Made by a program: the position numbers and the translations under genes. This document shows positions 25,404 through 38,237 of a DNA stretch of 64,000 nucleotides, piece by piece. Where the stretch lies: assembly GCA_051294905.1 (NCBI GenBank), contig CM119372.1, positions 38,938,001 through 39,002,000 on the forward strand. The letters run 5' to 3'. The stretch's first letter is position 1; each line of letters begins with the position of its first letter. A model generated the notes under the pieces. The model saw only the letters and a list, made by a program, of their open reading frames with translations. It was not told the DNA's origin and did not search any database. The stretch comes from Botryllus schlosseri. Its lineage: Eukaryota.

Positions 25404-27660
25404 CAGCACCGTAACTGCCGCACCCCAAACCCCCCAATTGAGGGGGGCCCGAGCTCGAAGGGGGCCCAAAATTATTTCCTGAATCAGCATAAATCATAGA
25501 GTATTTTTTGAAATTTTATGCAATTTTTTCAAAATTTTTTCGCGCCGCGCGCGAATTAAAGTAGCCATTGATCTGTAGTATTGGGTATTGGACCATTACC
25601 GCGCCCCGACCCACCAAGACATACAATCAAGTTTTTTAGCCATATAACATGCGACTCCAAGAGGTGTGCCAGAACGATCGGCAGCGAGAAAAGCTTGGCC
25701 AAAAAGGTCTATGCCCTATGCAGACCGAAGACTTCGTTATATATACAAAATACTAGGGATGGTGTGAACGTGAGGTTCACGTTCGCGTTCTGTGTGTGAA
25801 CCTTCGAAATTTAGGGGTTCACGTTCACAAACGAACCTTGGTAGGTTCTTCACTGCGAACCTTTTTCATATATCAAAATTTTCACTTCATTATAACATCT
25901 TTGGTTGAAATTTATTGCATGTCAACTGCGAGCCACTCTATGCGTGGCGCTGGCAGCATAAAAACAAATCAACACTGAACGATCATGCACCTTGAAAATC
26001 TCAAAAATTCTACATGCTTGGTTACAAATGTTTGCTCGAAATATCCAGCTTTACGTTTGTGAATATTTAGTGACTCTGTGATGTGAGCTTGACCCGCAAT
26101 CACACAAGATCAAGAGGGAAATACGCTATACGTAGATACTCAACTTAGCCAGGGATATCCCTGACTTAGCGAATGATGCTTATTCAGCCAACGAATGATG
26201 CTTATTCAGCCAATCAATGAAACTGATATCGTTGTCTGGTAATAAAAATCTAGCTGCCGTACGGGGTCAATCTTGATTTCATGTGTTTATTGCATCATAA
26301 AAAACAAATCGTCGCGATTGGGGTGTTGGCTACTGCTATATAACTTTTTAATGAGGCAATATCGGTAGCAGGTATGGAAACCCGTTTTACGCTCTGCGCA
26401 ATATCAACGTAGCAATGCTCAGACGCCGAATGCATTGTCTGGTCTGGCCTAGATCGTTAAGTCGTAAGCTTATATTCCCTTGCAAGTCCTCGTTGGCAAA
26501 GCGACGGAAGATATTGATTTTATGGGATTATTATATGATTTGATTGCCGCAGTTGACACACTTGACGTTTGTCGACGTTCACATTGTTATAGGCTATCAC
26601 ATCACTGAAATGTAAGTTTGGAATTAGCAATATGACGTCACGTGACGTCATGAGGTTCACGTTCGTGTTCACACAGAACCTTTCAAAAAGGTTCGCGTTC
26701 ACGCGAACCTGAACCTTTCTGGGGTTCACACCATCCCTACAAAATACATATAGGTTTAATTGTCCATAGGCGCCTAAATGACTGGCGCCGAATGTTCCTG
26801 TCTTTGCAATCTGAACCCCACAAGACAAATACCATCCCGTTGGGAAAAATTTTATGCCAGTGAAGAAATACCAATTTGAAATCGTGTGCGTCTCTTAGTT
26901 TAGAAGCCTACATTTGGACGATTCTATATTTCTTGATATAGCAGACTTGAAGTCACAAAATAACATCATGTGACGAAGTCATATCAACGTGTCCGCCAGC
27001 CCGAAGATGTTTAATGATTATTTACGGGCCCTCCCGGTAAATCTAATTACGTGAGTAGAGAGGACAATAAATTGATAGCATAATATATATGCAATCGCCG
27101 ATCTGATTGATCGATTTCATCATAAATTATCGAAAATTTTCGCGCATCGCGCTGGCTCACAGTATAGTACAGATAATTTCGTGACAAACGCGAACAACGT
27201 GATGGGGGGGGGATCGTTTCATCACCCTATGGGAGCCCAAGACCCACGTTTTTAGGGGCCTGACCAGGTGCTGTTTCGTTCCTGCCAACGGGTATACCCC
27301 CGAAGATGTTTAATTAATATTGAGTGGTCCTACCTTTTCAAACACACCTCACTCAGCTCTACCGGCAAATCTGATTACGTGAGCAGAGAGAAGATAAAAA
27401 TTGATAACAATTTATGCAATTCCCGATCATACTGACCGATGTAATCATGAATTCTAGAAATTTTCCGCGATTGGCGCGCTTAGGCGTCAAAAGCTTATTC
27501 ACTAAACAAACTCCGAATGAAAATGATGATTAGCGGTAAAAGTCAATCGCCGGAGGGGGGTCTGGGGGGCGAAGCCCCCCAGAAGTTGGGTCTATAACCC
27601 TATGGGGGGCCCAAGACCAAAGTTTTGGGGGGGGCCTGACGAAGTGCTGTTACGGCCCTG
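25404..27660. mobile_element. Second copy of the 6724-8066 hAT family, 74 bp past the B3GNT-like stop codon
   Basis: Perfect TSD aataggac; colinear with 6724-8066 apart from the nested insert. Confidence 0.92.
25754..26739. mobile_element. hAT-type MITE (TIR TAGGGATGGTGTGAAC) nested in 25404-27660
   Basis: Perfect TSD caaaatac; empty site seen in the 6724 copy (~7112); opposite-orientation copy at 54122-55092. Confidence 0.95.
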
Positions 27661-27734
27661 AATAGGACATAGCATCCAATGTTTGGAGCAACTGATCCTC
27701 TTCTTCTCGTACATTCACAAGCACAAATTCGAGC

Positions 27735-28840
27735 TTATTTCAAGTTCGATTTATTTCCGACATTGCTGTTAAAATTATTAATAGCATTCCACATTGCAAT
27801 CATTCTTTCCGGCAGGGCACGATGATACGTTTTGATATTTACAAGATTTTCAGGACTTGGATCGTCCATGCCCCAACTTTCGAAACCTGCAACATTTTTC
27901 GGTTCGATGCCAATGTTCTTAGCTAGGATACCAAGAAAAGCATCATCGATAGGAATCATACGAGTGCGCATCGACTCCATAAAAAATCTCACCGCCACAC
28001 TCCCGCTTAAAATATGGCCACCGCCCGAAACGTAAGGCGGATACGTGTTTTCGGGATACATAGATTTACTAACGTAGTACTTTGATTTGGGGTCGGTAAT
28101 TCTCGGACTACCCTTCAACAGCGACCCCGCCCACAAAGACTTTCTATCGCTTTGCGGAAGAGACAAAAGATATTGCACGATATTTTCGACATTCACCAGA
28201 ATATCGTCGTCGCCCTGAAATAAAAAGGGAACGTCCCCGCAATGCGCAGCAAACCACTGCAGAAATAAACACTCTTTTAAAGTAAGCGTTCGAAAGCTGT
28301 CCGTAAAATCCCACAACAAAATATCTGAATGCTGACGACTTTCCGATATCACTCTCTTTAGATCTTCGTCTGAGTTACACGCGCCGAGTAAAAACAATAA
28401 TTTAGTTCGTACGTGCAGGTTTCGATAAATCCAAGACCCATTTCCCCACGTAGTTCTAACTGCGTCTCTTCTCTCTGATGAACGGCAGACTGATTTGACA
28501 GTCATTAGTAGAAAAATATCTGTTTCGAAATCAAATTCATCTTTTCCAATCGAAGTGGCATTTCTTTGGGGCGCCCTGCTACACGTTTCATTCGAAGAGA
28601 TGACCAGTTTATAATCTCGTTTCTGTGACGCGTCATCGATTGGCGTGAAGGCTGTTAGCGGAATGGGCAGTTGTAAATATTTTTCCATACTTTCGAGCCC
28701 AGGTAAACTGGTATGGTTGTCGTCTATTGGCTGGTGAGTTGTCTGCAGAAGAAACGCGGCTGGAGTTACATAACTGCCCTTTGCTTCGTAAAAATTTGGT
28801 TCGGTTGATTTTCTCAGCAATTCTTGTTGATTTGTTCGAC
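27735..28840 (-). CDS. GT31 beta-1,3-N-acetylglucosaminyl/galactosyltransferase (B3GNT-like), large terminal catalytic exon
   Basis: Within the 375-aa ORF: LLMTVKS, RRDAVRTTWG, LFLLG, DILLWDFTDSFRTLTLK, QGDDDILVN (DxD), YPPYVSGGGHILS, IPIDDAFLGI. Phase-1 acceptor ttaacacag| at 28841. No transmembrane segment in the ORF, so an upstream exon is needed. Confidence 0.93.
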
Positions 28841-29077
28841 CTGTGTTAAATAAATAATACATTATTCACCTATTTATCCACATATACAAGGAATAAATCG
28901 TATAAAATGAATGAAAACTTCAAGTTCATTAAGTATTGACACCAAACACGGAATTCAATGAATTTATTAACGAAATGTACTTCCATATCTGTTGAATTTG
29001 ATGAGACATATGTGGTCGATCAAATCTGTCAACAAGTTCTTGGAACTCTGGTTCCTTGTCGGACGTAGAAACCCTTA

Positions 29078-31682
29078 AGGCCTCTGCACACTGACCTCGC
29101 GACGCAACATCGCGAGTTGCGCGTTGCGAGTCGCGAGTCGTAAGTCGCGAAGCAATGCACACTGGTCCCGGCAGTGCCCACAAGCGGCAACTACAGCTCT
29201 TGCGCGTTCTGTCCGAAGTCTCGCAATGGATACACATTGCACAGCTCCCGATAGATCGCAAATGAATATTTCGATGGGTGTACATTGGTTTGTCAATGAA
29301 TAAGATGACGTCTAATATGCACACACTTTTCCATTAACTAGGGTTGCCATACGTCCGGAATTTCCCGGACATGTCCGGAATTTCACTGTTCAAACTAGCG
29401 TCCGGGAGGAATTCCTAAAATATGCCAAATGTCCGGAATTTTGACGACTTGGCGTAGACTCATAATTTTTTTCGCAAATCAGCCTAAAAACAATATTTTT
29501 GGGAATATTTATGCTGATGCATGATATTTTTCTTTGCGCTGCGCGCGATTTATCATCACATTTATTGGATTTATTATGATGACTACCACCCACGCAAAAA
29601 CTGAAATAAAATATAGATAAAGACAACCTTCATTACTGGAATAAGCCTAATTGTAATTGCAATTATAGGAGAACGATAGATTCCAAGAGATCTTCAAGGC
29701 AATTTAAATGCTTTGTTCAAAGATAGTGGTTCCAAACGGGGGGGGGGGGTCGTTTGCTTTTATTCTGAGGTTTGCGTATATGTTGAACGTAATCACCTTC
29801 TAAAATAGACCGTGAGTAAGTCTGGGCAAAGGTGCTGACTTCTATAGTAATCGGCTCGTCAAATTTTGATCTGGGCAACGGAACATTTTCAAATTGGAGA
29901 CGGAGTCGCGACCATAAAAGGTTGGTATCCACTGGATGTGGGGTGTTTATAAATCTCAGTGGTGCGCACCGGCATAAGGCTGATAAACAATCTTATTGGT
30001 AGGACATGAACATGACTTAACGAAGAGCTCTCTCATTCGAAATTTCATGCTGGTGACGTCATATTTTGTGATACGACTGTTGATATACAATGTTCTTTCC
30101 AATTCTCTACTAGTGTCAGCCGAAAATATTCGGGTTCATTTCAATATGAATATACTATTTAATGACTTAACGATGTGCAATTACGCTCCCTGTATTTTCG
30201 AACTCATCATCCTCCACCAGCAAACTGTGATCATGTGGGCGGAGAGTAGTAGGCCTATCTATATAGTAATATATGGAACAACCAATATTATTGACTGAAT
30301 TCATTCAAATAATTTATTGACCAGATGCATATAGAAACCAGATTACTATAACAACCCCCGGAAGTTGCATAGATTACACTATAGTGTGGGCTCAAAATGA
30401 TTGTTTATTTGGGCGGGAAGGGGCTGAAAGCATGTGCTTTCGGTCCCGGTTACACAACACACAGCGACATAGGCTACTTCTGAACCGGATCGTGACCACC
30501 TCTAGTCTATGAGCAAAGCTTTGCTAGTGTGACGTCATAACTCATTCTTAAATCCACTAGTGGGCGCTAAAGAGTGTCCGGAATTTGGGTTGCAGAAATA
30601 TGGTAACCCTACCATTAACGAACCAATATCATATTTCAATGCTGAAAACGCATGATCTGGGTGACCCAGTTAAAGGCGCTATTTCCGGTTGCCGATCCAA
30701 ATTTCTGGAGTTCTAGCTGTAGCCTATTATGCTACAGACACCAAGCCTTTCCGTATTCCACTGCCTCAGTGACTGCATCAACTGTCAAGCACTCATACAT
30801 TAATTTCTCGATAAGATAGAGAACAACATTCAAATGCATTATAATTTTATTGTAAATGAATTAAGTCTTAACAATATTCAAATATAACTCTGGGATTCTT
30901 TCCTTTTCAATCTTCGATTCGCCCTCAGGTATCAAGCATGGAAACTGATCCGTAGGCCTGGTTGATTCATTCTCCATAATGATGCATAGTCCATTTCTGA
31001 CTTATAATATTAGCCACTACAATTCGTACCGAAGTCTGATAAAGAGGAGAATAGACGAAATCTAACATCAAGAGTTACACTGCTGCTATCTAGTCAACAA
31101 AAAGATTTTCAGACTTCGTGTACTGAGATGTACCGGTATCTGAAATATACATCAATGAACCCATGACATACCACGATTATATGTACCTGCTTAACCCAGT
31201 TTCCAACCAATGTACACTGTACAGGTTAAAATGAATCAGACAAGGTATATATCTAATAAATCCACCTGTAGATATACAATGACTGAGAGTTTCGCGGTAT
31301 CGGTACTGCCGGAGCTGGTTGGCCTTTGGTAATTACCAAGTACCGGTACTGCTTACAGTAGAATGCGCTCTTGCAGTTAAGCTTCAAGTTTTAAAATGAC
31401 CTCAAATCAGTCTAAATTCAATGAGGAAACAATTATAGATGCCAAAACACGCAATACCCGGACAAACTATTGCGGTGACATAGAGCTAACGATCAGTAAC
31501 TGCTGACCAGTCGCTCGCAACTCGCGACAAAGTTGAAAATTTTCAACTTTGTCGCGGAGTTGCGCAACCCTGTCGCAGACGGCATGTTGCGAGTTGCCGG
31601 CGACTCCGGTCTGCATGGTCCAGTCGCAGACAGGCGCGATTCTCTCGTTTTATCGGGTCGCGAGCTCAGTGTGAAGAGGCCT
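29078..31682. mobile_element. PIF/Harbinger-type non-autonomous element
   Basis: TIR AGGCCTCT(G/T)CACACTGA; 3-bp TSD TTA; CpG-rich TCGCGA subterminal repeats. Confidence 0.85.
29339..30611. mobile_element. hAT (Blackjack-like ends) nested in the Harbinger element
   Basis: TIR TAGGGTT(G/A)CCATA; perfect TSD ccattaac; inverted relative at 37102-38092. Confidence 0.92.
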
Positions 31683-31789
31683 TTACGTGCACGTGCGCAT
31701 TTTCCCAAGATTTGTTCGGTCACTATACGTATACATTGCCGCATCGTCAATGTAATTATCGCCATGGTGATAGAAAAGGTAGCCTAAAC

Positions 31790-32366
31790 TATAGATAACT
31801 AACCTACGGATAGATAGCCAACAGCCGTCGTCACGCTTGCTTGCTCGGAGGAAAATACTGCTCAGCAATCTGAACTCAACGTAATTGCCAATCCCATAGC
31901 TGACGACCCGAGCGCTCAAATTGAATAAAGTTGATCTTACTTGAACGCTACTGTCGCACTGATTCCGAAAATATACATTCAAATCCGATCGGGGCAATGG
32001 AACCGCCTCGAAATACACCTCAAAGTCTGAAAATTGACATTGTTCTGAACAATCGAGGACACGCAAGGGTTATTGTTATGGTCATTGTGGTGCGTCCATA
32101 CGATTGTCTGGAACAATGCCGATTTTCAGACTTTGAACGCTATTTCGGGCTGGTTCTTTTGCCTTGACGAAAGTTTAATGTATATTTTCGGAATCAGGGC
32201 GACAGTAGCTTTCTAATAAGATCAACTTTGTTAAATTTGAGCGCTCGGGTCGTCAGCTATGGGATTGGCAATTACGTTGAGTTCAGATTGCAGAGCAGTA
32301 TTTTCCTCCGAGCAAGCAAGCGTGACGACGGCTGTTGGCTATCTATCCGTAGGTTAGTTATCTATA
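31790..32366. mobile_element. 577-bp foldback element with TATAGA...TCTATA termini
   Basis: Near-perfect arms; 7-bp TSD cctaaac; core shared with 20983-21568. Confidence 0.92.
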
Positions 32367-32510
32367 CCTAAACTACGATCACCACTAAGAAAAATACAGA
32401 GGCGTGCATGAATGTGCGCTTTTCAACGGCCTATGACTGTACGCGCGAGGATAGCCAAACCGGGATAATAACGTCAACCATAGAGAAAATTGTTAGCTGA
32501 TATCATTAGG

Positions 32511-32967
32511 TAGGCTTACCATACGTCCTCTTTTAAGAGGATTTGTCCTCTTTTTTGACGTTTTTGAAAGTGTCCTCGGAGGACGCCCTTTTGTCCTCTT
32601 TTTTGAGATTTTGTCCTCTTTTTTGAAAATTTAGGTCAGATATAGAGGAAATTGCGAGTGATATGCCGCAAATTAGCGCAGAAGTGAAGCTCCGGCGGTT
32701 ATTTCGGAGGAAAAGCGGTGATTTCAGCTCTGAGCGAAATGAAGACCTTTTTTTTTTTTTTTTAGTCATCCACCAAGCAATGTGGAGTGAAAAACGTGTT
32801 TTTGAGCTCTGAGCGGAAGTGATGACCTTTTTTTTTTTTTTTTTTTAGTCAACCGACCGCAAAGTGGGAAAAATTCACCGGTTTTTGAGAATTCTACTCC
32901 GGTTTTGCATCTTGCAAATTTCTGAAAAAGTGTCCTCTTTTTGCATTTTCAAAATATGGTAAGCCTA
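32511..32967. mobile_element. hAT MITE with GTCCTC repeats
   Basis: TIR TAGGCTTACCATA; perfect TSD tcattagg; relatives at 46204-46605, 44670-44853 and 45770-46093. Confidence 0.92.
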
Positions 32968-33344
32968 TCATTAGGTTAACTTTACCACTAGGCCTACTCA
33001 ATGAGGCTATCTGATTTAGCGGCGACAACATGATGTTTTGCAACAAGCCGGCATTTTAACAACAGCAATTTCACTTCGAAGCCATTTTTCGCCGATAATG
33101 ACGAAGACGATGTGGATTGGAGAACGGCATTGTCATACAGCCGCCGCCATATCTGCTTCTCTCTAATCATTCAACACCCTATACAATCCAAGGCGTTTGA
33201 TATGCCCGGTACCACAAACAACAACAACAACATGTCAATTCATTAGGGTTGAGTACATCGTCAATGCTGATATTGCAAGTCTTCTAGATTCGACGAACTT
33301 ACGCGCAAGCTTCACTCACACACGTTGCGTCTATAATAACATAC

Positions 33345-35268
33345 TATTACCGAGAATGCTATTACCGGGATGGACATTACCGAGAATGCTATTACCGAGA
33401 ACGGACATAACCGAGAATGGCCAATGCCAAGAATCTAGCTTTGGGACGGACGTTCTCGAGAAATTTATACCTGAGAATCGATACCTAATGTGGCCACTAG
33501 GGTTGTCCATAATTTGGAAAATCTCACAAATCCTGCGTATCCATGTCTCATTGTATAGATTATTGATAAAAAAAACGTCGATGAGCCTGCGATAAGTTCA
33601 CAGGAAAGTCGTCAAGATTTGTCTAAATGCGTTTGAAAGTGGCTGCTGTAGAGTGGGCGTGCCAGCGACCATAGAACGGAGAGAAGACTAGCAATCATGA
33701 AATCACGGCGCTTGATTGGGTAAGCGGCTATGCCTGAATGACTACGACAGTGGCGGCTTGCTGATCAGCTGTTCGAGGAGTTTGCTAACGGCGGTGAATC
33801 TGTAAGCGCATTGTAGGTTGGTCCGCATATGATGATTTGAGATTGATTCGGGATATGTTTAGTAACATATTACATAACGAACAAAAGACAGCTGCTTCAC
33901 AAAAACGTTTGAAACATGACTGGCTTATTGTGAAGGTAACCGTTGTAGTCTGTGTACCTTGCTTTAATCGAGGGAAAACACACAAAGAAACATTGCAATG
34001 GCACTTATGCAAGTAGCGTACGAATTTCTAGTTTCAGAAGGGATGTACCATCATTTATTACAAATAGAAATCTTGACAGTGATAATAATACTTTGTCTGA
34101 TCTCATTAGGCTCTGGTCGTGGCATATAATTTAAGTTTTGAATGCTCTAAGGATGGACTGAATCGTCCGTTTATGCGTGACACCTGTCCGATTCTTACAG
34201 CATAATGAATCTACCCGTAGTTGCTGTCGAAGTCCTCAATCATACCACAGAAAGAGATCTAAAGGTATGCACAGACTGGTAGGGTCAGCAAAACTACAGT
34301 TTGCTTGTAGAGCTTAGTCTGTCCCAAATGAATCATAGATCATCACTTGCTGCATCACGACTGATGTTTGAATCAAACCAGACATTGATATATAAATGGA
34401 TTTAATCGATGCGATAGTTACACTTCTTCGTAGTTCCAATGTAAGCTACCTGGTCGGTCCACATATCATCTTATAAGCATACAGGATTGTCACCCGCAGC
34501 ATCCATCTCACATGCTGTGCTGCACCAGTTTGGCGATGGCTAATACTTTACCTGCACCCAGAAAAGCAGGAGGACTCGGCGTAATCACAAGCATATCAGA
34601 CTAGATGTTTCTCGGATTTATACTTAGTTCTACAAGTTCACAATCATTCACTGTTACACCTCTGCCATGTCTGCAATAGGCTATTGCTGCTGTAAACCTA
34701 TCGTAACCGACTTTTTAACCAAAACAATAAATCACCAGGTGTCACATATTATTGTTAAATCACCAACCTACAATGCCCCTACAGAATCATCGCCGTTAGC
34801 AAACTTCTGTAATGAGTAGAAGCACGTAATCAGAAAGTTGCTGCGGTCGTGATCATTCAAGCATAACTGATTAACCAATCATGAGCCGTGATCTCGTGAT
34901 TACTAGTCTTCTCTCCGTTCTATGGTCGCTGGCACGCCCACTCTACAGCAGCTACTTTCAAACGCATTTAGACAAATCTTAACGACTTTCCTGGGAGCTT
35001 ATTGCAGGCTCGTTGACGTTTTTTATCAATAATCTATAGAATGAGAAATGGATACGCAGCATTTGTGAGATTTTCCAAGTTATGGACAACCCTAGTGGCC
35101 ACGCCGTGATGCACACAAACACACGACCTGTTCATATGCATAACATGCCTGCATTGCATATATTGCATTCTCGGCAATGTCCATTCTCGGTGTTGTCCAT
35201 TCTCCGTAATGTCCATTGTCGGTATTGTCCTTCTCCGTAATAGCATTCTCGGTATTGACCGGACACCC
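33345..35268. mobile_element. Element with inverted arrays of 15-16-bp ATTACCGAGAATG-type units (foldback/MULE-like), left end eroded
   Basis: Units at 33346-33435 and inverted at 35165-35258, ending GACCGGACACC. Confidence 0.65.
33498..35094. mobile_element. hAT-like element with ~330-bp imperfect TIRs and ~0.9 kb unique interior
   Basis: TAGGGTTGTCCATAA ends; perfect TSD gtggccac. Confidence 0.92.
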
Positions 35269-35924
35269 TACAATTTGACTTAAGCCAGTAGTGTAGGGTG
35301 TAAGTATCACCGGCATTTGCTGCAGAAAAGGAGAGACTAAGGCCCTACCTATACCTTTACTACCCTGACGACGTGAGATGGTATGGTAGAGCTGCTTTGG
35401 ACTGAGTCAATATCCATTTTACTATATTACTTCCCTCTGCTTACGTTATTTTTTCACAATTATATCTATATATCTATTCGTTTTACGTTATGTTTATAAT
35501 CATTTTTAAATATCTACTACCTACCTACAATCTACATCTATACTACAACTACTTCGATAATTACGATTTATCCTCTATCCGCAACTTTTCCAGAATTTAT
35601 GTTGCATTATATCTTCTCGAAATACCAATCTTCGAATTTTTGTCGGTAGGGTCAAGCCCGCCTATGACAGCTTACGGAGGAAGATCCATTGGCTAAAACA
35701 CCACGAGTCTTGTTTTTTAGTTAATTTCAACAACATAACTTTGGTGGATCCATCGCGCTTTCTCTATACTGCGTAGTTTTTTGTCGCTATGCTGCCTTTA
35801 GCAGCTTATCATGTAAGACGGAAAACTGGTCGCGGGCCTCACAAAATCCCGTCGCGGGCCGTATGTTGCCCGCCCCTGCACTAGATGGTTACAAATTGAG
35901 AATATAGGTAGCACGAGCTATAAG

Positions 35925-38237
35925 CAGGCCGTGTTATTTTTGGCATATGCCAACACTGCCTTAATGGCTTATTTTTGGCATTTTTAAATTTTTATTTTTG
36001 GCAGTTTTGGCATCATCCTCCAAATAGATAGTTTCAGACTCAAATTAGTCATAAAACGCTTTATTTGGGCCAGTTTATTAAAAGAAACCACAAAATGTGC
36101 AGCATCCACTTATAATCAGTGCCAACAAACAGTATTAAAAAGAAAAAAAACCTAGCGATTTCATAGGTTTATAATATCAACCGAAACCACAAAATGTGTA
36201 GTATCCACTCGGAATCGGTGCCAATAAGCAAAAAGAAAGAAAAGCCGCCTAACAAACACGCTCAACACCTGATTTTTATGGCTGTTGAATAGACCTAAAT
36301 TGTTTGGACTGTGACAGTGCTTCCAAACTCGGGTCAGCTATAAGTTTGTCCTGAATTCATTTTTCGCCTGACGAATCTGGGAAATATCGGCTTCAACAGT
36401 AGCCGTTGAGGGAAAGAATGTTGCCAGTCCTTAACAAAAGGTTTTCAGATCTTCAAAATTTTGGAGGACCGAACTGGCTTTCAAGCATCATAAAAATAGA
36501 CCACTTCGCTAGTGCCATCGATCTCATCGCGGAAATAATTTTCTTCCCGATAATTTTCAAGGAGTTTCCTGTGTTGTCTCTCAACCATCACATCTCCTCC
36601 AGTCTACCGAAATATTTTCGGAGGACTTTTCTCACTTCAGATGGCTTTAATATTACCAACTTACATGGAAGAGTTTTCGGAAGGTTAGCTTGTTTAAGAA
36701 CATTGACGCAACAAGACTGTCTGGCAAAACCAGACTGCAGCTCAAAAATAGCCAGACTGTTTGTTGCGTCACAATGCTCAACTCAATCACAATGCAAAAA
36801 TCGTGGTTGATTTTTACGGTTTCAGATCCATGAGCACAATGCAATTTATATTTTAGTAATCAGTACAGCGGCAACTTCCCATGGATACCCGTTTTATCAC
36901 ATTTAGCGCTCGGCAAGCCGGTCAAAAATGGTCGTAAAATTGCCTTTGGACAAAAGGAAAGTATGACGTAAACCAAAAGCAGTCAGCCGTTCAATCTCGC
37001 GGAGCCCACACCATTTAGGACACCATGCTTCCATTTCCAACCCTAATGGGTGCGCTGGACCCAGATTAAGAAACCTGCCCTTCACACACGCTCTTCTAGC
37101 CTAGGGTTACCATATCTCTATGGCACAAATTCCGGACGCTCTTTAGCGCCCACTGGCGGATTTGAAAATGAGGTATGAGCACATTGTCGCTCAATATGAC
37201 GTCAAACCAGCAAAGCTTTGTCTATCGACTGGAGGTGGTCACGATCCGTTTCAGGAGTATGTGGTTGTGTGTTGTAAGTTGTACCCAGGGCCGAATCTTA
37301 CTATATGCATCTAGTCGTTAAATGATTTGAATGATTATGTCAATAATATTGGTTCGTCTGTATATTACTTTATAATTTTGATCCTCTCATCGCCCACGGC
37401 GCCCACATGATAAGCATTAGCGGTAGAGCTGGTGGAGGATGATGACTTCGAAAATGCAAGGAGCGTAATTGCACATCGTTAAGTCATGTTCATTGTTCAT
37501 GTCACACCGATAAGATTATTTATCAGCCTAACGCCGGTACGCTATGCACCACTGAGCTATATAAACACCGCACATCGGGTGGTTTCCAACCTTTTATGAT
37601 TACGACTCCATTTCCAATTTCAAAATGTCCCGTGGCCCAGCTCAGAATTTGATGAGCTGATTACTAATTAAAAGTCGGCCCATTATAGCCCAGACTTACT
37701 CGCGTTTTATTTTGGAAGCTGATTACGTTCGTTCAACATCTTCGCGAACCCCAGAATAAAGACAAACTACCCCCAGATTTAGAAGCACTATATTCGGTTA
37801 AAGCATCCAAACGGCCTAAACCGACTCTATGAATATCCGGTTATCTGGTAATTGTGATTACAATTACACTTATTTTTGTAAATAAATGTTATTTTCGTTT
37901 ATTTTTGATCGCAGATTTTGCGAGGGTGGTTCATGTAGCCTAAATCTGCTCAAAAAAATATTGTTCATGTTGATTTACGAAAGAATTATGAGCTTACTTC
38001 AAGCCTTCAGAATTACGGACATTTAAGCATATTTTAGAAATTCCTCCCGTACGCAGTTTTAACAGTGAAATTCCGGACGTATGGCAACCCTATTCTAGCC
38101 TGTAACGCGGTCTTGTTAACACAACACCATGAACGAAATACACTATTGACAGGCCGTGTTATTTTCGGCATTTTCAAATTTTTATTTTTGGCAGTTTTGG
38201 CATCAGGCTCCTGAATTGGCAAAAATAACACGGCCTG
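35925..38237 (-). mobile_element. hAT deletion derivative with a decayed transposase (~36275-36800)
   Basis: TIR CAGGCCGTGTTATTTTT; perfect TSD gctataag; minus-strand remnant GLATFFPSTATVEADISQIRQAKNEFRTNL...SLEALSQSKQF. Confidence 0.9.
37102..38092. mobile_element. Blackjack-like hAT nested in 35925-38237
   Basis: Perfect TSD ttctagcc; same family as 29339-30611. Confidence 0.92.

Larger units (their letters stand above)
28998..32480 (-). pseudogene. Old hAT transposase C-terminus split into three pieces (32367-32480, 31683-31789, 28998-29077)
   Basis: After removing the inserts, with frameshifts: YPGLAILARTVIG...ATFSITMAII...RVSTSDKEPEFQELVDRFDRPHMSH. Confidence 0.55.

Noticed and set aside
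28841..28862. ORF-track start MYYLFNT as the true N-terminus of the glycosyltransferase
   Set aside because: It is an intron-like pyrimidine/AT tract ending in CAG, and the protein would have no signal anchor.
30866..30977. Short minus-strand ORF MENESTRPTDQF... as an upstream B3GNT exon
   Set aside because: It lies inside the Harbinger element, with no hydrophobic anchor and no good phase-1 donor.
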